A DNA stretch of 64,000 nucleotides, taken from contig CAWGVG010000003.1 of assembly GCA_963825865.1 (NCBI GenBank), positions 128,001 to 192,000 on the forward strand, in the 5' to 3' direction. Positions within the stretch are counted from its first letter, which is position 1; the number at the start of each line of letters is the position of its first letter. The translations under genes were made by a program, and so were the position numbers. Positions 11,541-23,750 of the stretch are shown one piece after another. This DNA comes from an uncultured Nitrososphaeraceae archaeon. GTDB lineage: Archaea > Thermoproteota > Nitrososphaeria > Nitrososphaerales > Nitrososphaeraceae. The notes under the pieces are model-generated. The model had not been told where the DNA came from. It ran no database searches and worked only from the letters and a program-made list of their open reading frames with translations.

Positions 11541-12032
11541 GACATCTCCTGTTGTTTTTTCTTCTGTCTTGGTTTCCCCTCCCTTTCGACCTATTGCACT
11601 ATAGAATTCTGGTCCACGCTCCTGTTTCACAATCTCTCCTCCTCGCTTTCCGATTTCGCTATAGAATTTGCTGCCATATTTTTCCTTCACAATACCACCA
11701 CCTTTTTCTCCAATTTCACGATAAAAATCAATACCATACTTTTCTTTTACCGATTCTCCGCCTTTTTCGCCTATTGAATGATAAAAATCAATACCATATT
11801 CTGCTTTAACTGCTTCCCCGCCTTTTTTTCCAGCAACGCGAAGACTTTCTATGTCTTGTGCCCTTGCTTCACCTCCCGCCTTTGCTACTCTTGATTTAGT
11901 TTCAGGGTCTGCAGCTGCGAGACCTCTTATATTGTGGGGCGAAACTCCTCCCTTCTTTGCCACTCTAAGCCTTGTTTCATCGCTTGCTGATGCCAATCCT
12001 CTTTTTGCATGGCTTGTATCCTCAGTTTCCAT
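11529..12032 (-). CDS. KGG-repeat general stress protein (GsiB/YciG/LEA-like hydrophilin)
   Basis: Tandem ~20-aa repeats YGxxFYxEIGxKGG and GLAxAxxETxxRVAKxGG. Confidence 0.85.
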   Translation of the reverse strand: METEDTSHAKRGLASASDETRLRVAKKGGVSPHNIRGLAAADPETKSRVAKAGGEARAQDIESLRVAGKKGGEAVKAEYGIDFYHSIGEKGGESVKEKYGIDFYREIGEKGGGIVKEKYGSKFYSEIGKRGGEIVKQERGPEFYSAIGRKGGETKTEEKTTGDVSTI

Positions 12033-12172
12033 ACAAATGAATTACTTGTATCAGATAAAAGGATTGGTTTTGATTCCTAAATTATATGCAATTTCTCTAG
12101 CAACAAAAAAATTCTACAAGTAGGTTAACTGGTTAGTTCAAAAAAATGAAAAATATAAATTTATGTTAGCAT

Positions 12173-12430
12173 TTAATATATTTCAACAGGAGCAACTAAC
12201 TCGTCAATTTGGTGGTATATTCCCAATAAACGTGTCCCCTTCTTAGTTGTTCTATAAGATTGCTTTCCTATTTCATATTCTAACAAATCATTTTCCATCA
12301 AAAGTGTCAGATATTCTTTCAATTGATCAAAAGAAAGAAATGCATTATACATTATTTTGGCGTTGCTAGCTCCACCATTCGCAGCTTCTAAAATCATTCC
12401 AACTATTTCAGTTCTGCTTCTGTTATTCAT
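12173..12430 (-). CDS. Winged-helix transcriptional regulator (archaeal HTH_45-like)
   Basis: RSRTEIVGMILEAA...KIMYNAFLS...YRTTKKG pattern. Confidence 0.85.
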   Translation of the reverse strand: MNNRSRTEIVGMILEAANGGASNAKIMYNAFLSFDQLKEYLTLLMENDLLEYEIGKQSYRTTKKGTRLLGIYHQIDELVAPVEIY

Positions 12431-12953
12431 CGAAAGGTATGGTGAATACTAAGTATTTATAAAAGGCTATTCTCTGTACTAAAATTTATGTCAGCTTCTT
12501 TTAGATAAAACTATGTACGTGTTTTATTAATTATAATTATCTCTTAATAGAAGTGGCTGTTCTACTAAAACTAATCTATCCTTTATTGATATATTCAAAT
12601 TATGAATGTATAATTCCGGGTTATGTTATCTAAACTACCGTCTGAACTTTAGTTCCTTCTTTTAGCCTGCCCGTTGAATTTTCCTGCGATATTGTTATTT
12701 ACATTGAATGTTTTGATCCCATAGTTGGCTACGTGTGCAACTTCTGACCACATTGTAAGCAAGCTGGTTTTGCTTGCAAAAATTTATCTGATAAATATGG
12801 TCAAAAATTATTTTATCAGAGACCATGAAAAAGAACTACATGCTAAAATAGATGCACATAGAGACAGAACATTGCATCAATATAAATAAGAATGAAAGAG
12901 AGAACAGCAAAACCAGATATAGGAATTTAATAGGGTTTTTTATAATTGATTGA

Positions 12954-13913
12954 TTACTTATAGAGCCAGCAGCGAGTATAACCTGTTTCATTTTTTATTT
13001 CGGGAGGATCCTGTTTACAAATTTCCATCGCATAAGGACATCGTGAATAAAACCGACATCCAGACGGTAAATTCAACATATTTGGCGGATCGCCTTTGAT
13101 AAAATGCATTTGTTTATTATTAGAATGTAACTTTGGAACAGCAGATATTAACTCTTGAGTATATGGGTGCTTTGGATTTTTATATATTTCAGCCGCGCTA
13201 CCGAATTCTACCAATTGACCAGCATACATTATTCCAATTTTGTCGGCAATCTTTGAAATGATAGCCAGATCATGTGTTATCAGAATTATTGTCATTCCTT
13301 TCTCCTTTTTCAAACTCTTGAGTAGATTAATTATTTGTGCCTGGACAAGTACGTCTAATGCAGTAGTTGGTTCATCTGCTATCACTATGTCTGGTTTCAG
13401 CAATAAAGCCATTGCTATAACTACACGCTGTTTCATTCCACCACTCAACTCGTGAGGATATCTCTTTGCTATAGATTGATCAAGCCCGACCTGTTTTAGA
13501 GATTCTGAAATTATTCCTTCAATATTATCTTTGAAATTGTGTTGTTCCATGATTTCTGCCATTTGGTCTCCTATTGTGTAAACGGGATCAAGTGTATTCA
13601 TTGCCCCTTGAAATACCATAGCAATTTTTTTCCACCGAATTTTTTTGTTAAAATCAGAATATGGAAGTTTTACAATATCAATACCATTTAGGATAATACT
13701 GCCTTCTACTATCTTGCCTGGCGGCTGCATTGTTCGTAAAATGGCGTTTCCTAGACTAGTCTTTCCACAAGCTGACTCACCAGCTATACCAAGTGACTCG
13801 TTCTCGTTTATTGCAAAGCTAATTCCATCTATTGCCTTTACAACGCCATTATTTGTAAAATAATATGCTTTAAGATCCAAGACTGCAAGTTTAGTCTTTG
13901 CTGATGAAGTCAT
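12954..13913 (-). CDS. oppD: Oligopeptide/dipeptide ABC transporter ATP-binding subunit (no partner genes in window)
   Basis: Walker A GESACGKT, signature LSGGMKQR, IADEPTTALD, HPYT and C-terminal GCRF..RC..C..C motif. Confidence 0.88.
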   Translation of the reverse strand: MTSSAKTKLAVLDLKAYYFTNNGVVKAIDGISFAINENESLGIAGESACGKTSLGNAILRTMQPPGKIVEGSIILNGIDIVKLPYSDFNKKIRWKKIAMVFQGAMNTLDPVYTIGDQMAEIMEQHNFKDNIEGIISESLKQVGLDQSIAKRYPHELSGGMKQRVVIAMALLLKPDIVIADEPTTALDVLVQAQIINLLKSLKKEKGMTIILITHDLAIISKIADKIGIMYAGQLVEFGSAAEIYKNPKHPYTQELISAVPKLHSNNKQMHFIKGDPPNMLNLPSGCRFYSRCPYAMEICKQDPPEIKNETGYTRCWLYK

Positions 13914-14403
13914 TTATACCAATAATTTGTTATTTGGATATAAATATATTCATAATACAGACTTACGGTATATTATCAACATAAACTAGTGTAAATATGC
14001 GTTTATCTTTATCATTGCAATGGTTATGATGTATTCTACTGCTACAGAATGTTGGTTTGACTTAAACCATGAAAAAACGTTTTGCAAGTTCAGGTGTCAT
14101 CATCATTTTTAAAACGCCCAAGATTTATAGACAATTCTTGTAAAGTATATACTTTCACTTTCATAAAATAATAATAATAATAATAATCATTATTTGCAGT
14201 ATACTATAAAAAGCATAAAAAAGATAAAAGCCTAATACAGATATGCAACTACACTCTTTGGGAGTTGGTGGCGATAACCTTGTATGGCATGCGAGAGTGG
14301 ACCATGGAAATTATATATATATACTATTGTTGACAGTACAGTTATAGTCTTTTACTATAAAGGATTATAGTAACTGCATTACATTACAAATAGTATTATA
14401 GAT

Positions 14404-15078
14404 ATGAAGTGGTCTCATGAAGGGAATATAGGAAGATTGAGCTCTGCCAGAGCTAAAGAGATGGCTGTTGTTTTGGCTAGAACTATATTGGCTCTACTTA
14501 AAGTAGGAGCTATACAAGGAAGAAACCTGCTGAGAAAGATTATCACTATTCTCTCTAAAAAAGGAAAGGTTGTTGGAAAACAAAAAGGTGAAGAAATTGG
14601 ATACCATTTAAAAAGATTAATAACATTTTTATCTATAAAGGCAAATACCACTGGAAAACAAATGGCTATTCAGTCAGCACAATTACTAAAACATCTAGCA
14701 ATTATTTTGGCTAGGAAGACTAATGAAGCTGCACACCAAACTATTCAAATAGTAATTGCATATAATATACCAGAGAAAACAAAAAGCTACCTTACCAGAG
14801 AGCCTGAAATAATGGTGCCGACGACAACTACTTTATCAAATCCTCCCGATCCTGAGACTACAATTAGAAGAATTACTTTGAATGATAAACTAGCAGAAGA
14901 AATAAGAGAGGAAATTGGAATTGACTGTCAGGCTATGGATGTTAATTCTCTTCCAGTGGAACATAAACCATACTATAGCTACATTTTTCCAATGAGCTCA
15001 AGAATTGTTACAAACAGAGGTTGTATAAGAGTTAAAAGTAAGAGTTTTGACCTTATACAGATAATTCAGAGAAATTAG
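14404..15078 (+). CDS. Hypothetical basic protein with ~26-aa amphipathic repeats
   Basis: Open 224-aa ORF in AT-rich DNA; no family recognised. Confidence 0.55.
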   Translation: MKWSHEGNIGRLSSARAKEMAVVLARTILALLKVGAIQGRNLLRKIITILSKKGKVVGKQKGEEIGYHLKRLITFLSIKANTTGKQMAIQSAQLLKHLAIILARKTNEAAHQTIQIVIAYNIPEKTKSYLTREPEIMVPTTTTLSNPPDPETTIRRITLNDKLAEEIREEIGIDCQAMDVNSLPVEHKPYYSYIFPMSSRIVTNRGCIRVKSKSFDLIQIIQRN

Positions 15079-15795
15079 AATTAGTTAAGGATAAATTCGT
15101 GCAGCTTTAATGTAATTGATGTTAGTAACACTCTTAGAGATATATGTTATCAATTTATTTGCATTGTTGGAAAGTTGTTTATAACGATGATAAGATAATG
15201 GATATAATAATTTTGACATAATAATTGGACGAATTCTTGTGGGTGTTATAAGAGAAAGCCAGATTATACTTTTTTTGTTATAACACACAAATTAAAAATA
15301 ATAATTTTATTTAAAGAATTATCGGCTGTGAGACGCTGATGTTCCATTCGTATATTCATCATTATTCTACTACTATTTTGGATAGTCAAGAGCCATGAAA
15401 ATGCACTTCCTCTCCCTCTTCTCCTTCTCTTATGCATCAGCTTCCAAAATGACGATGATTATGTGGATTACTTACAGAAGCTGTTGAGTCCTTGCCTCCG
15501 TTTCTATATTTTCCAGCAACAAGCCAGGTTACCATGGGTATCTACCACAGCAGGAAGTGAAGACATGTTTGTGTCTTCGAATACTTCATCGAGCCGTCAA
15601 GTCCATAATATTACTCAAGTGAATAAAAACTCATAGTAAGATTCAAATGCACGTTATTCTATGCAAAAAATTAATATTAATATCAGAAATTGCCAAATAT
15701 TCCTAATAAATCAGTCTAGAAATTCAGACTATTGTCTAATAAAAGTATAATACCTCCTACCATTTTATACCAAAGCAAGGAAGCGAACGGTAAAA

Positions 15796-16044
15796 ATGAC
15801 ATGTAAAGGTATATGTATACGCCATAAAGCACAGAAACCAGTCCATTTGGGTCGTTATGCTATGGGACAGAAACGTTGTCAAATATGTGAGCTATTTATA
15901 AGATGGGATGGATTATGGTGCCCCTGCTGCGGATATAGATTAAGAACAAAACCTCGAAACTTGAAATATAAAGCAAAGTTAAAAGCAAGAAAGGAAATAG
16001 AAGAGACTAAAATGATATTAGCTGTGCAGCCTGCACAAAAGTAA
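15796..16044 (+). CDS. Small Cys-rich zinc-binding protein of a thaumarchaeal family
   Basis: MTCKGIC...RCQICE...WCPCCGYRLRTKPR. Confidence 0.8.
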   Translation: MTCKGICIRHKAQKPVHLGRYAMGQKRCQICELFIRWDGLWCPCCGYRLRTKPRNLKYKAKLKARKEIEETKMILAVQPAQK

Positions 16045-17035
16045 TAGAATAACAGCCTATTTTCAACAATGCAATAGCTGCAATCACATAAAAATGATAT
16101 ATACTCCACAGTAGTTGGTTAGTGTTACCAATAACTGATAACGATAATACAAAGAAACATAATCAGAAAGCACTGCGATAAGCAGAACAAGAGATAAGCA
16201 GATCAGTAACAAAAAACGTTATCCAATAAGAATAGAAACTGCTTACAAATGCTACCGTGGTTGATTATGCTATTAGATTTGTAGAACAATCTAAAGGGAA
16301 AATAAAATCGCCATCTTCTGGAGACAGAGAAGAGGAAGACAATAAGCAGTCGAAGGATCATGATTATAATGAAGATACTGAAGAATAAGGATAAGAAATT
16401 GAAGAATAGAAATAACAACTAATAACTAAGGTAGTTTAAAACTTTTAATCCAAAATATGTCAAATTTGATTCTCGAACTCCTGATCCATAGTACATAGTG
16501 ATAAGAAGGTAGGTGTTGCTACAGGAACTTGTAATTATAGATGCCATTCAAACTAACGACTCCTGTAATAAAATTACGACTGCACTTAATTGTACTAATG
16601 CATCTGCAACCAATGAACTTACGGATTTCTAAAAAATCCATATATTCAAAAGCGTCTCATCTTTAACAGAAAATAACGTCAAGGTACCTACAGTTGATCT
16701 ATCTTCTCGGAGGTTAGCCGACCGATTGCATCTATATATGCATATGGTCGTATTGATCATATGTAAAGGCTGTTATTGCCCAACTGTATGATGAACATTA
16801 TATACGTCACACTATGATTTTAACTCCCTTGACAAACGTCCTTCAAATGAGTGCTCCTTATAGAGATAGACGTAGATATTTGAGGTAATGGTAAAAAATA
16901 AAATCAGATTGATTACTCCAAACATTCAGATATGTTCCCTTCCAGAAGTATATAGTCGATTTAATCTCTTCATTTATAGTTAATAGGAGAATCAGAAAGC
17001 CATTTGTAATTATATGATATCAGTGGTTAAGGAAA

Positions 17036-17553
17036 ATGACAAATAAGAGGAATGAAAAAAAGAGAAAAACAGATGATAGCTACTTTGCAGTTAGTCGTCG
17101 TAAAACAAGAAAAATTATGATTAAAATTCTTTCTATAGGTTCAGCAGTTATAGCAGCATTCATTGCTATGGTTATAATAACTGGTGCTTCTATAACAAGC
17201 CATGACGATAAATCACTAGTAATGCACCTTCATCCACTTCTAAATGTTATGGTAAATGGTAAGTCTATTACTGTCCCAAAAAATATAGGTATAGATTCAC
17301 TATTGCATAAAGATCATTCTCTAGATCATTTTGGAACGAGTGGGGCCGCGCCATTGCATACTCACGATGATAGTGGTACCATTCACGTAGAGTCTACAGC
17401 AAACAGAAATTATACATTAGGAGAGTTTCTAAATATTTGGGGGTTAGATCTTAAAGGCAAAACAGTTAGGCAACCGTTGATGGTACCGTCATTTCTGACC
17501 ATATAAGTCATATTTTAGAAGACGGACAAAATCTGAATCTATATATTACATAA
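17036..17553 (+). CDS. Membrane-anchored His-motif protein (frameshift near 17470)
   Basis: One TM helix, then MHLHP...PLHTHDDSGTIHVES...YTLGEFL; continues ATVDG...LEDGQNLNLYIT in the next frame. Confidence 0.7.
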
Positions 17554-18023
17554 TAATCAAACAACACGGTTTAGTAAGAAGAAAACCAAATAAAAATCCA
17601 CATACAGTAGTTAATAATGAGCTATCTCTTATTACGCTATCGTAATCTTTGATTACATCATCTTTTACATCCTCTTCTGATATTTTTATTCGTATACTCT
17701 TTATTTTATCTTCTAGCATTTTAGAACTACCGTCTTTTAATATTTAGTTCCTTTTACTTAATTAAAATTATAGGTAATTCTTACTATTGCTTTACGAATT
17801 AGATATACATTAACAACCACTTAAGACATCGGAAAAAAATTTATCCAAATCAGAAAAAAGAAGATGAAACGAACAAGTCCTTATTTAGAAACAGAATTGT
17901 GGGAATGTGATTAACTTTTATGTATTTTAAAATACAATCCATGAAAGCGTAATAAAGCTGATCAACGTAAGTTCTGGGAGACGTACGACTATTGAATAAA
18001 AAGTCAGGGTAGAAGTAGTGCAT

Positions 18024-18683
18024 TCAAGATATGAATTGAAATGAGTGAATCATTTTCTGTGCCATTGGAAGTGTTTCAGGTACCAGGGATGATCCTGTAG
18101 TGAATATCAATGTGTAAAGTTTGTCACCTCTAATCATATATGTGTCTATGTTGAATGTATCAGCTAGACCACTGAGATGAGTGATATACTGTATCTGCAT
18201 TGCAGAATTACCTCCAACAGTTGTTGAATTAGTTCTGAGAATCTCACGACTAATGTCGCTGCTGCCTAGAGAAGCACCTGGTGAGGATAAGAATTTAATT
18301 TTATCAGAAACAACATCATCTAAACTTTTAGGTTTCACTTTCAAATCTTTTTTATCTAGGGATTTCTCTACAGGTGTTACGCCGATGGTTAAAAATGTAT
18401 GTTTGTCTATGTCAAGAAATGTGCCAATGGGTGCTACAAATGCTATAACTGTGTCAGTTCCATAATACAGAAATTCCATTGAATGTAATGTATTTTTTGG
18501 GGCTATGTACCAGTCTGAAGGATACTGTATTCTAAACAGATACTGACTGTTTTCATAAGTCTTTGTCATAGCGGCTGTGGTCACTACTGTAGTAGTTTGC
18601 GCAGATGCTACTATAATAGACACGAACATCGACAACAAAAGAGGAATAATAATAGCAAATGCAATTGTTCTAATTGGCATCAT
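18024..18683 (-). CDS. Secreted PsbP-like protein
   Basis: Signal peptide, TYENSQYLFRIQYPSDW and C-terminal KMIHSFQF, typical of thaumarchaeal PsbP-like proteins. Confidence 0.72.
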   Translation of the reverse strand: MMPIRTIAFAIIIPLLLSMFVSIIVASAQTTTVVTTAAMTKTYENSQYLFRIQYPSDWYIAPKNTLHSMEFLYYGTDTVIAFVAPIGTFLDIDKHTFLTIGVTPVEKSLDKKDLKVKPKSLDDVVSDKIKFLSSPGASLGSSDISREILRTNSTTVGGNSAMQIQYITHLSGLADTFNIDTYMIRGDKLYTLIFTTGSSLVPETLPMAQKMIHSFQFIS

Positions 18684-19017
18684 TATTTCTTGTTACACTA
18701 CTAATTTCAATCCTTGGATTTATACTTACTAACTTGTGTCCCTTTCAGCAACTGATCCACTGAGTTCCTACTAGCTCTTTTGGTGTTTATAGCGACTACT
18801 TACGCCGAACTTGGAATGATTATCTTGGACGAATAGAACATTTTATGAGGTGGCTATACAATCAAAAATACAATTTAATGTGCATTCTATTTCTTTAATT
18901 AAACTAGATTCTATTTTTATGCCTTCGTAAGAAGAATCTAAAAATGTTTTAACCTCAGTGTTATGCGAGTTAAAGGTTAAATCATAGGTCTTAATATTAA
19001 TTGTTGTCGGTCTAAAA

Positions 19018-19296
19018 ATGAGTTATGGTAGAGACAGCGGTTATGGCCGCGGCAGGGGCAGAAGTTATGGTGGCAGTGGTAATAGAGGTTTCAACAGAGG
19101 TTCTCCTGGCCCAAAACCAGTCGAAGCAGGCAAGGAATATGAAGTAGATATTACCGAAATCAGTAGACGAGGAGACGGGATTGCAAAAGTCCAAGATTTT
19201 GTAGTTTTCGTTGAGAACGGAAAGGTTGGAGATAAGGTTAAGGTAAAGGTTACACAGGTAGCAGATAGATTCGCAAAAGCGACAATTGTGCCATAA
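19018..19296 (+). CDS. Single TRAM-domain RNA-binding protein with RG-rich N-terminus
   Basis: PVEAGKEYEVDITEISRRGDGIAKVQDFVVFV...FAKATIV. Confidence 0.92.
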   Translation: MSYGRDSGYGRGRGRSYGGSGNRGFNRGSPGPKPVEAGKEYEVDITEISRRGDGIAKVQDFVVFVENGKVGDKVKVKVTQVADRFAKATIVP

Positions 19297-20133
19297 TAGT
19301 ACAGTATACCTTAATAGTATAATCGATTGCTTTTGTTTTGACATTTGGATGGGAATTTCATTGTTTTCGAATTTGACAAATCCAAGCGCTGTGAATACTG
19401 CTGTTGTTGGGTACCTGCGCCAAAAATTAGGAATGGATGTAGACGCCAAAGAATGCTTTGAGAAAGCAAAGAATTGGATAAGTAAGTCAATAAAGAAAAC
19501 TGGAAGCTAAAGCAACAATACAATCTTAATCAGACTTACAAAGAAATTAAAGACAATATTGGTCATTTTGTAGAGCTGTATAGGTTTCATATTTTGTATT
19601 GCAATCCCGCTTAACCTAAGTTAAAAACAACCTAATTAGAAGTTAGTATGTGTCGTCTATTGCAATTATTTCTAACCTATTTTTAACTGCTACTATTGCC
19701 ATAGATAGTATCCAGAATAATAATTGTTATTATTATAATGTGATGGAGGAAAATCCTACAATTGACGTAGTTTCTGTTGGGACAATTCACCATTTGCAAA
19801 TATCAACGCCTTGCAATGATCACACCTCAACATTGTCTTGAGAGTATTGGTAGGTTTAGGATAGCTGACCAACTACCCAAAGGACAATAAACTGTACGAA
19901 TGAGATTATGGTACAGGTACCTTTCTTAACTTCACGCCTCAGTTAATGTCGCTATATATATAGAGATTAGTATTTCCGTCCTTGTTGTCTCCCTTTCGTA
20001 GTGTCTCTATTCAAGCATAGTTAATGGCATTTTGTTACTTGTTTAGACAGTTGTTGTTGTAAGAATTATCCCAATACGTCTGCAAAGCAGTAGCAGCTGA
20101 AATGTAGAATTTATAGACCAGTAAACAGAATTC

Positions 20134-20304
20134 CTAAAAACGTCTTTGTTGAAAAGTCTGTTCTTGATATTCAACAATCATTTGAGTATAACTAGGAATA
20201 TCTTTTCTAGCTTCATCTATTGTTCTTCTGGCATTCTCCGTGGTTTGATCTAATGTTGTATTGACAGATTGTTGTTGTTCTTGCTGTTCTTTTGTAGTTG
20301 ACAT
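20134..20304 (-). pseudogene. Truncated member of a Gln-rich helical Nitrososphaeraceae protein family
   Basis: Own translation: MSTTKEQQEQQQSVNTTLDQTTENARRTIDEARKDIPSYTQMIVEYQEQTF, then an early stop. Confidence 0.45.
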
Positions 20305-20654
20305 ATTGTTTCCTATAATATATACACAAAGTGACTATATAGAAATGACTATAGAGTAGTTCCTCTACTAAGTACCGACAGCAGCATCCTCTTCTTGTTT
20401 CCAGCTATAACTTGAACCCCAATAATCTGTTTTACGGGTATCCTATCTCTAGTCTAGCAGATTTGAATCCATGTGCCGAAGACATGACTAGCCTATGCGA
20501 AAGGCTATGTTTCATTATAATAAGTGAAGGAGGGCAACAACCAAAGCTATGATTAAGAAGAAGAACAAGGTTTTTTATTCTTATTCTTTAGTTCTGTTTG
20601 TTTTTTATCCAGTAATATTTGCATGCCGTCAACCCCTGTAAAAGAAATTGGCTA

Positions 20655-21165
20655 TGAATTATACTTATACTTTCTTTGCCTTTTCTACAGAAAAACTGCA
20701 AAAAAGCATTATCAAGATTTATCAAAATAGAAGCCGTGTTCCAATTTGGAAATAGATACAGAGAAATTTAGACCAGAAAAAATATCCTATAAAAGATGAA
20801 GGATTTCTGAATTTGTAGTTGACGAAACACAAATTAAAGTAGGCAATGACTATTTCTGGATTTGGATTGTAATTGAACCTACTGATAAATCCATTCTTCA
20901 TATTTATCTTTCCGCAGAAAGAACCATGTTTGTTGCAGAACATTTTCTTCAGAATCTAATAAACAAATATGGAAAACACCAGATTTCAACAGACGGTGGC
21001 ACGTGGTATCCGTATGTAAGTTCCTCAAAATAGGACACCATCTCCATTCTTCTTTAGAGAAAAGTGTCGTTGAGCTATAAATTCAATACATAAAAGATAG
21101 AACAGAGAATTTTAACGACTATTTTCCTTGTAATAAAAATAAATGCAAACTAAAACACGTGACCA
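20655..21165 (+). mobile_element. Degenerate IS6-family transposase remnant
   Basis: Own translation: VVDETQIKVGNDYFWIWIVIEP...AERTMFVAEHFL...STDGGTWYP...IQYIKDRTENFNDYFPC, with stops and frameshifts. Confidence 0.82.
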
Positions 21166-21414
21166 GCTGATTACACCTATTTTTGAGCTTCAGAGGTGGT
21201 TTCTTAAGTATGCAGCATTATATGTTTTAGAGTCAACAGTAACACCATTTGGATATTCGAATTGTCCATCTGCTGTACCAAAAGAACTCAATTTCTTTAT
21301 AAATAAGGGATGTTGGAGCGCAACAACAATGTCAATAATTCGCTATGAATTGAATTTCGCAGGATTCTTATTTATTCTTGACTAGGAGCTGGCGTAGAAA
21401 GAGTAGTAGTACTA

Positions 21415-22578
21415 AGTGAAGTGTCTGAATTTATGTCGTTATTTGTTCATTACATAACCTAGATTTGGAAATAGTTAAAGCTTAGTAAATGAGATATTTT
21501 CATTCTGTGAATCATCCTTTCAAACTCAAACTTACCATAGGACAGAGGAACAAATTAAAGTCATTTATGAAGAATACGGGTAACAAAAAAGAATACCGCA
21601 GGCTACTGGCTATACTCCAAAAAGCTGAAGGTAGAACTTACGAAGACATAGCAAATGAACACGGAGTCAGCAGCAGGTCTGTACAGAGATGGGTTGCTCG
21701 CCTATATCCAAAGTGGGATAGATAGAATAAAGATGAAGAAACCTGGCGGAACAAAATCTGGCATAACAGATGAAAACAGAGAGATTATTCTATCAGCATT
21801 ATTTAACGACCCGCACATCTTTGGTTATCTTAGAAATACATGGAGTCTGAGATCACTTGCAAACTGTCTGACAAATGAGCTAGGAATCCCAATCAGCTTC
21901 AAGCACCTGCAGAGAATAACAAAAGATTTAGGAGTTAGGTGCAAAAGGCCAAAACTGGAATTGCTACATGGAGGAGAGGATTATGAAGAGGGAAAAGAGA
22001 AAGTGCAAAACTACAAACAGATAGCTTCAGCTCTAAAAAAAAGGGAGTTGTAGTAGCATTTGAAGATGAGACTATTATAACACAGAAACCTTGTATTCGA
22101 AAATCCATGAGTTTTGAAGGTGAGCAACAAAGGATAGAACATACTGGTAGTAGAAAGAAGTTCTCTGCATACATATCCATGGTATGGCCTGAAGAGAAAT
22201 TAATGACGTATGATTTCTATGATAAAATGGATTCTACGAATACTATCGACCATCTAGAGAATCTCAAGACAAACATTATGAAAAATGATTGGTGGAAAAG
22301 ACTGGTACTCATATGGGATAACGCTTCATATCATGTAAGCCTAATGGTACGGAATTATATCAATGCACAGAGAAAGAAGACTGGCTGACCATAATCCACC
22401 TTCCAAAGAAAGCACCATACCTAAATCCGAATGAAAGGAAAGTAAACCAGCAAATAAAGTCAGATGTATGTGCGAATAGATTCTATGAACATATGGAAGA
22501 CCAGAAAGCTGCAGTATCAGAATATTTGGACAAACGATTTGGAAGATGGTATGACGACATTAGTTATGACACTTGACT
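21415..22578 (+). mobile_element. IS630-family insertion sequence
   Basis: Imperfect terminal inverted repeats AGTGAAGTGTCTGAATTTATGTCGT and (reverse complement) AGTCAAGTGTCATAACTAATGTCGT, flanked by TA at 21413-21414 and 22579-22580. Confidence 0.88.
21489..22576 (+). CDS. IS630 transposase (HTH + DDE) with a -1 slippery site at 22035-22043 and additional indels
   Basis: HTH region, then FEDE, WDNASYH and PYLNPNE catalytic segments. AAAAAAAAG links ORF1 to the DDE frame by -1. Confidence 0.85.
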
Positions 22579-22985
22579 TATGATTGGCCTTCAAATGGAA
22601 AACCTTTGGGACAGTTTAAGGCAGTAAAGGTAGCAGGAGATGAATGGTCATAATAATAATATTGCTATTTCCATATATGTCCATACATATTAATGGGATC
22701 ATTTACCAATATGCCTTACTGTGGCGATTAACGCATATTGAATATTTTTTAGGTATAATCAGGTTTGAAGAGATTATCGAGAGGTTTATACACTATGTTG
22801 AAAAAATGCAACAAATGTGGCAAGGAGTTTGTGACGAGCAAAGATCATGTATTATGTCATGATTGTTGGATGAGTGAAATAGAAAAAATAGGGGGAATGA
22901 CAGATGATGCTTAAACACGCTGGAGCCAATCTGTAATGATTTGACTCAGCTTCGCATTATTGTTAAAATATATTATGAGATATAT

Positions 22986-23750
22986 TCAAGTTATAAACAT
23001 CTTTGAAGCTGCCCTTTCATGCTTCATTTGAGTTATATCTATTCCAGGAGCAAATTGCCATATGCCTGTTAAAGGTCTATCTATGTTTGTATCTACTGTC
23101 TCCAGGATTACAGGCTTCAATTCATGAATTATCCTTTGTCCATCAAAATGGTTTAGCATACCTAGTCTGAGTGAAGCACCAATCATACTGGCAGTGAAAC
23201 TATAAAGCATCATTACAGCAGACTTGTATTTTGGAATTCCAAAGATACTGCTAACCACCGCTAGTGCTACGGGGTAAATACCAGAAGCTCTGGCTTCCTT
23301 TATTGCTTCTTGCTATCTATTTAGAATGGCCGTGGCGTTGCTGTTGTTATCATTATTACCAGCGACACCATTATTATTAGTATTATTTATAAAGGAACTT
23401 ATGCATTTTAGAATCTGGTTGCCTGATCTAGTCGAAGCGTTTCTTACCTCCTGCAATACCCTCATTGCAAATATTGTTTGATTTATTTCAATCAACTTCT
23501 GTATATCTGAAATTAGTATGGCTTGATATGAGTTTCCTATGGCGACACAATCTACAGGACCAACTTGTTGTGTCAAAAAAACCTTTGTCAGATCACGTAC
23601 CTGATTTGCACTCCTTATCTTTTTATCATAGAAATACGTTTCAAGCCCATTTGACATCGTATACATCCCAGTTGGAAAGAAAGAATCTGAAAGCTGCAAT
23701 GCACTAATCTCATCAATACCTACCTTCTCAGTCTTTTTACTAGGATCCAT
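22986..23750 (-). pseudogene. ureF: Urease accessory protein UreF with in-frame TAG at 23313-23315
   Basis: LQLSDSFFPTGMYTMSNGLE...ASLRLG...APGIDITQMKHE...KMFIT. Both ORF pieces are in the same frame, separated by one stop. Confidence 0.85.

Noticed and set aside
21220-21310. NHL-repeat-like fragment (FGTADGQFEYPNGVTVDS) on the minus strand
   Set aside because: Too short and lacking a start; at most a relic between two IS elements.
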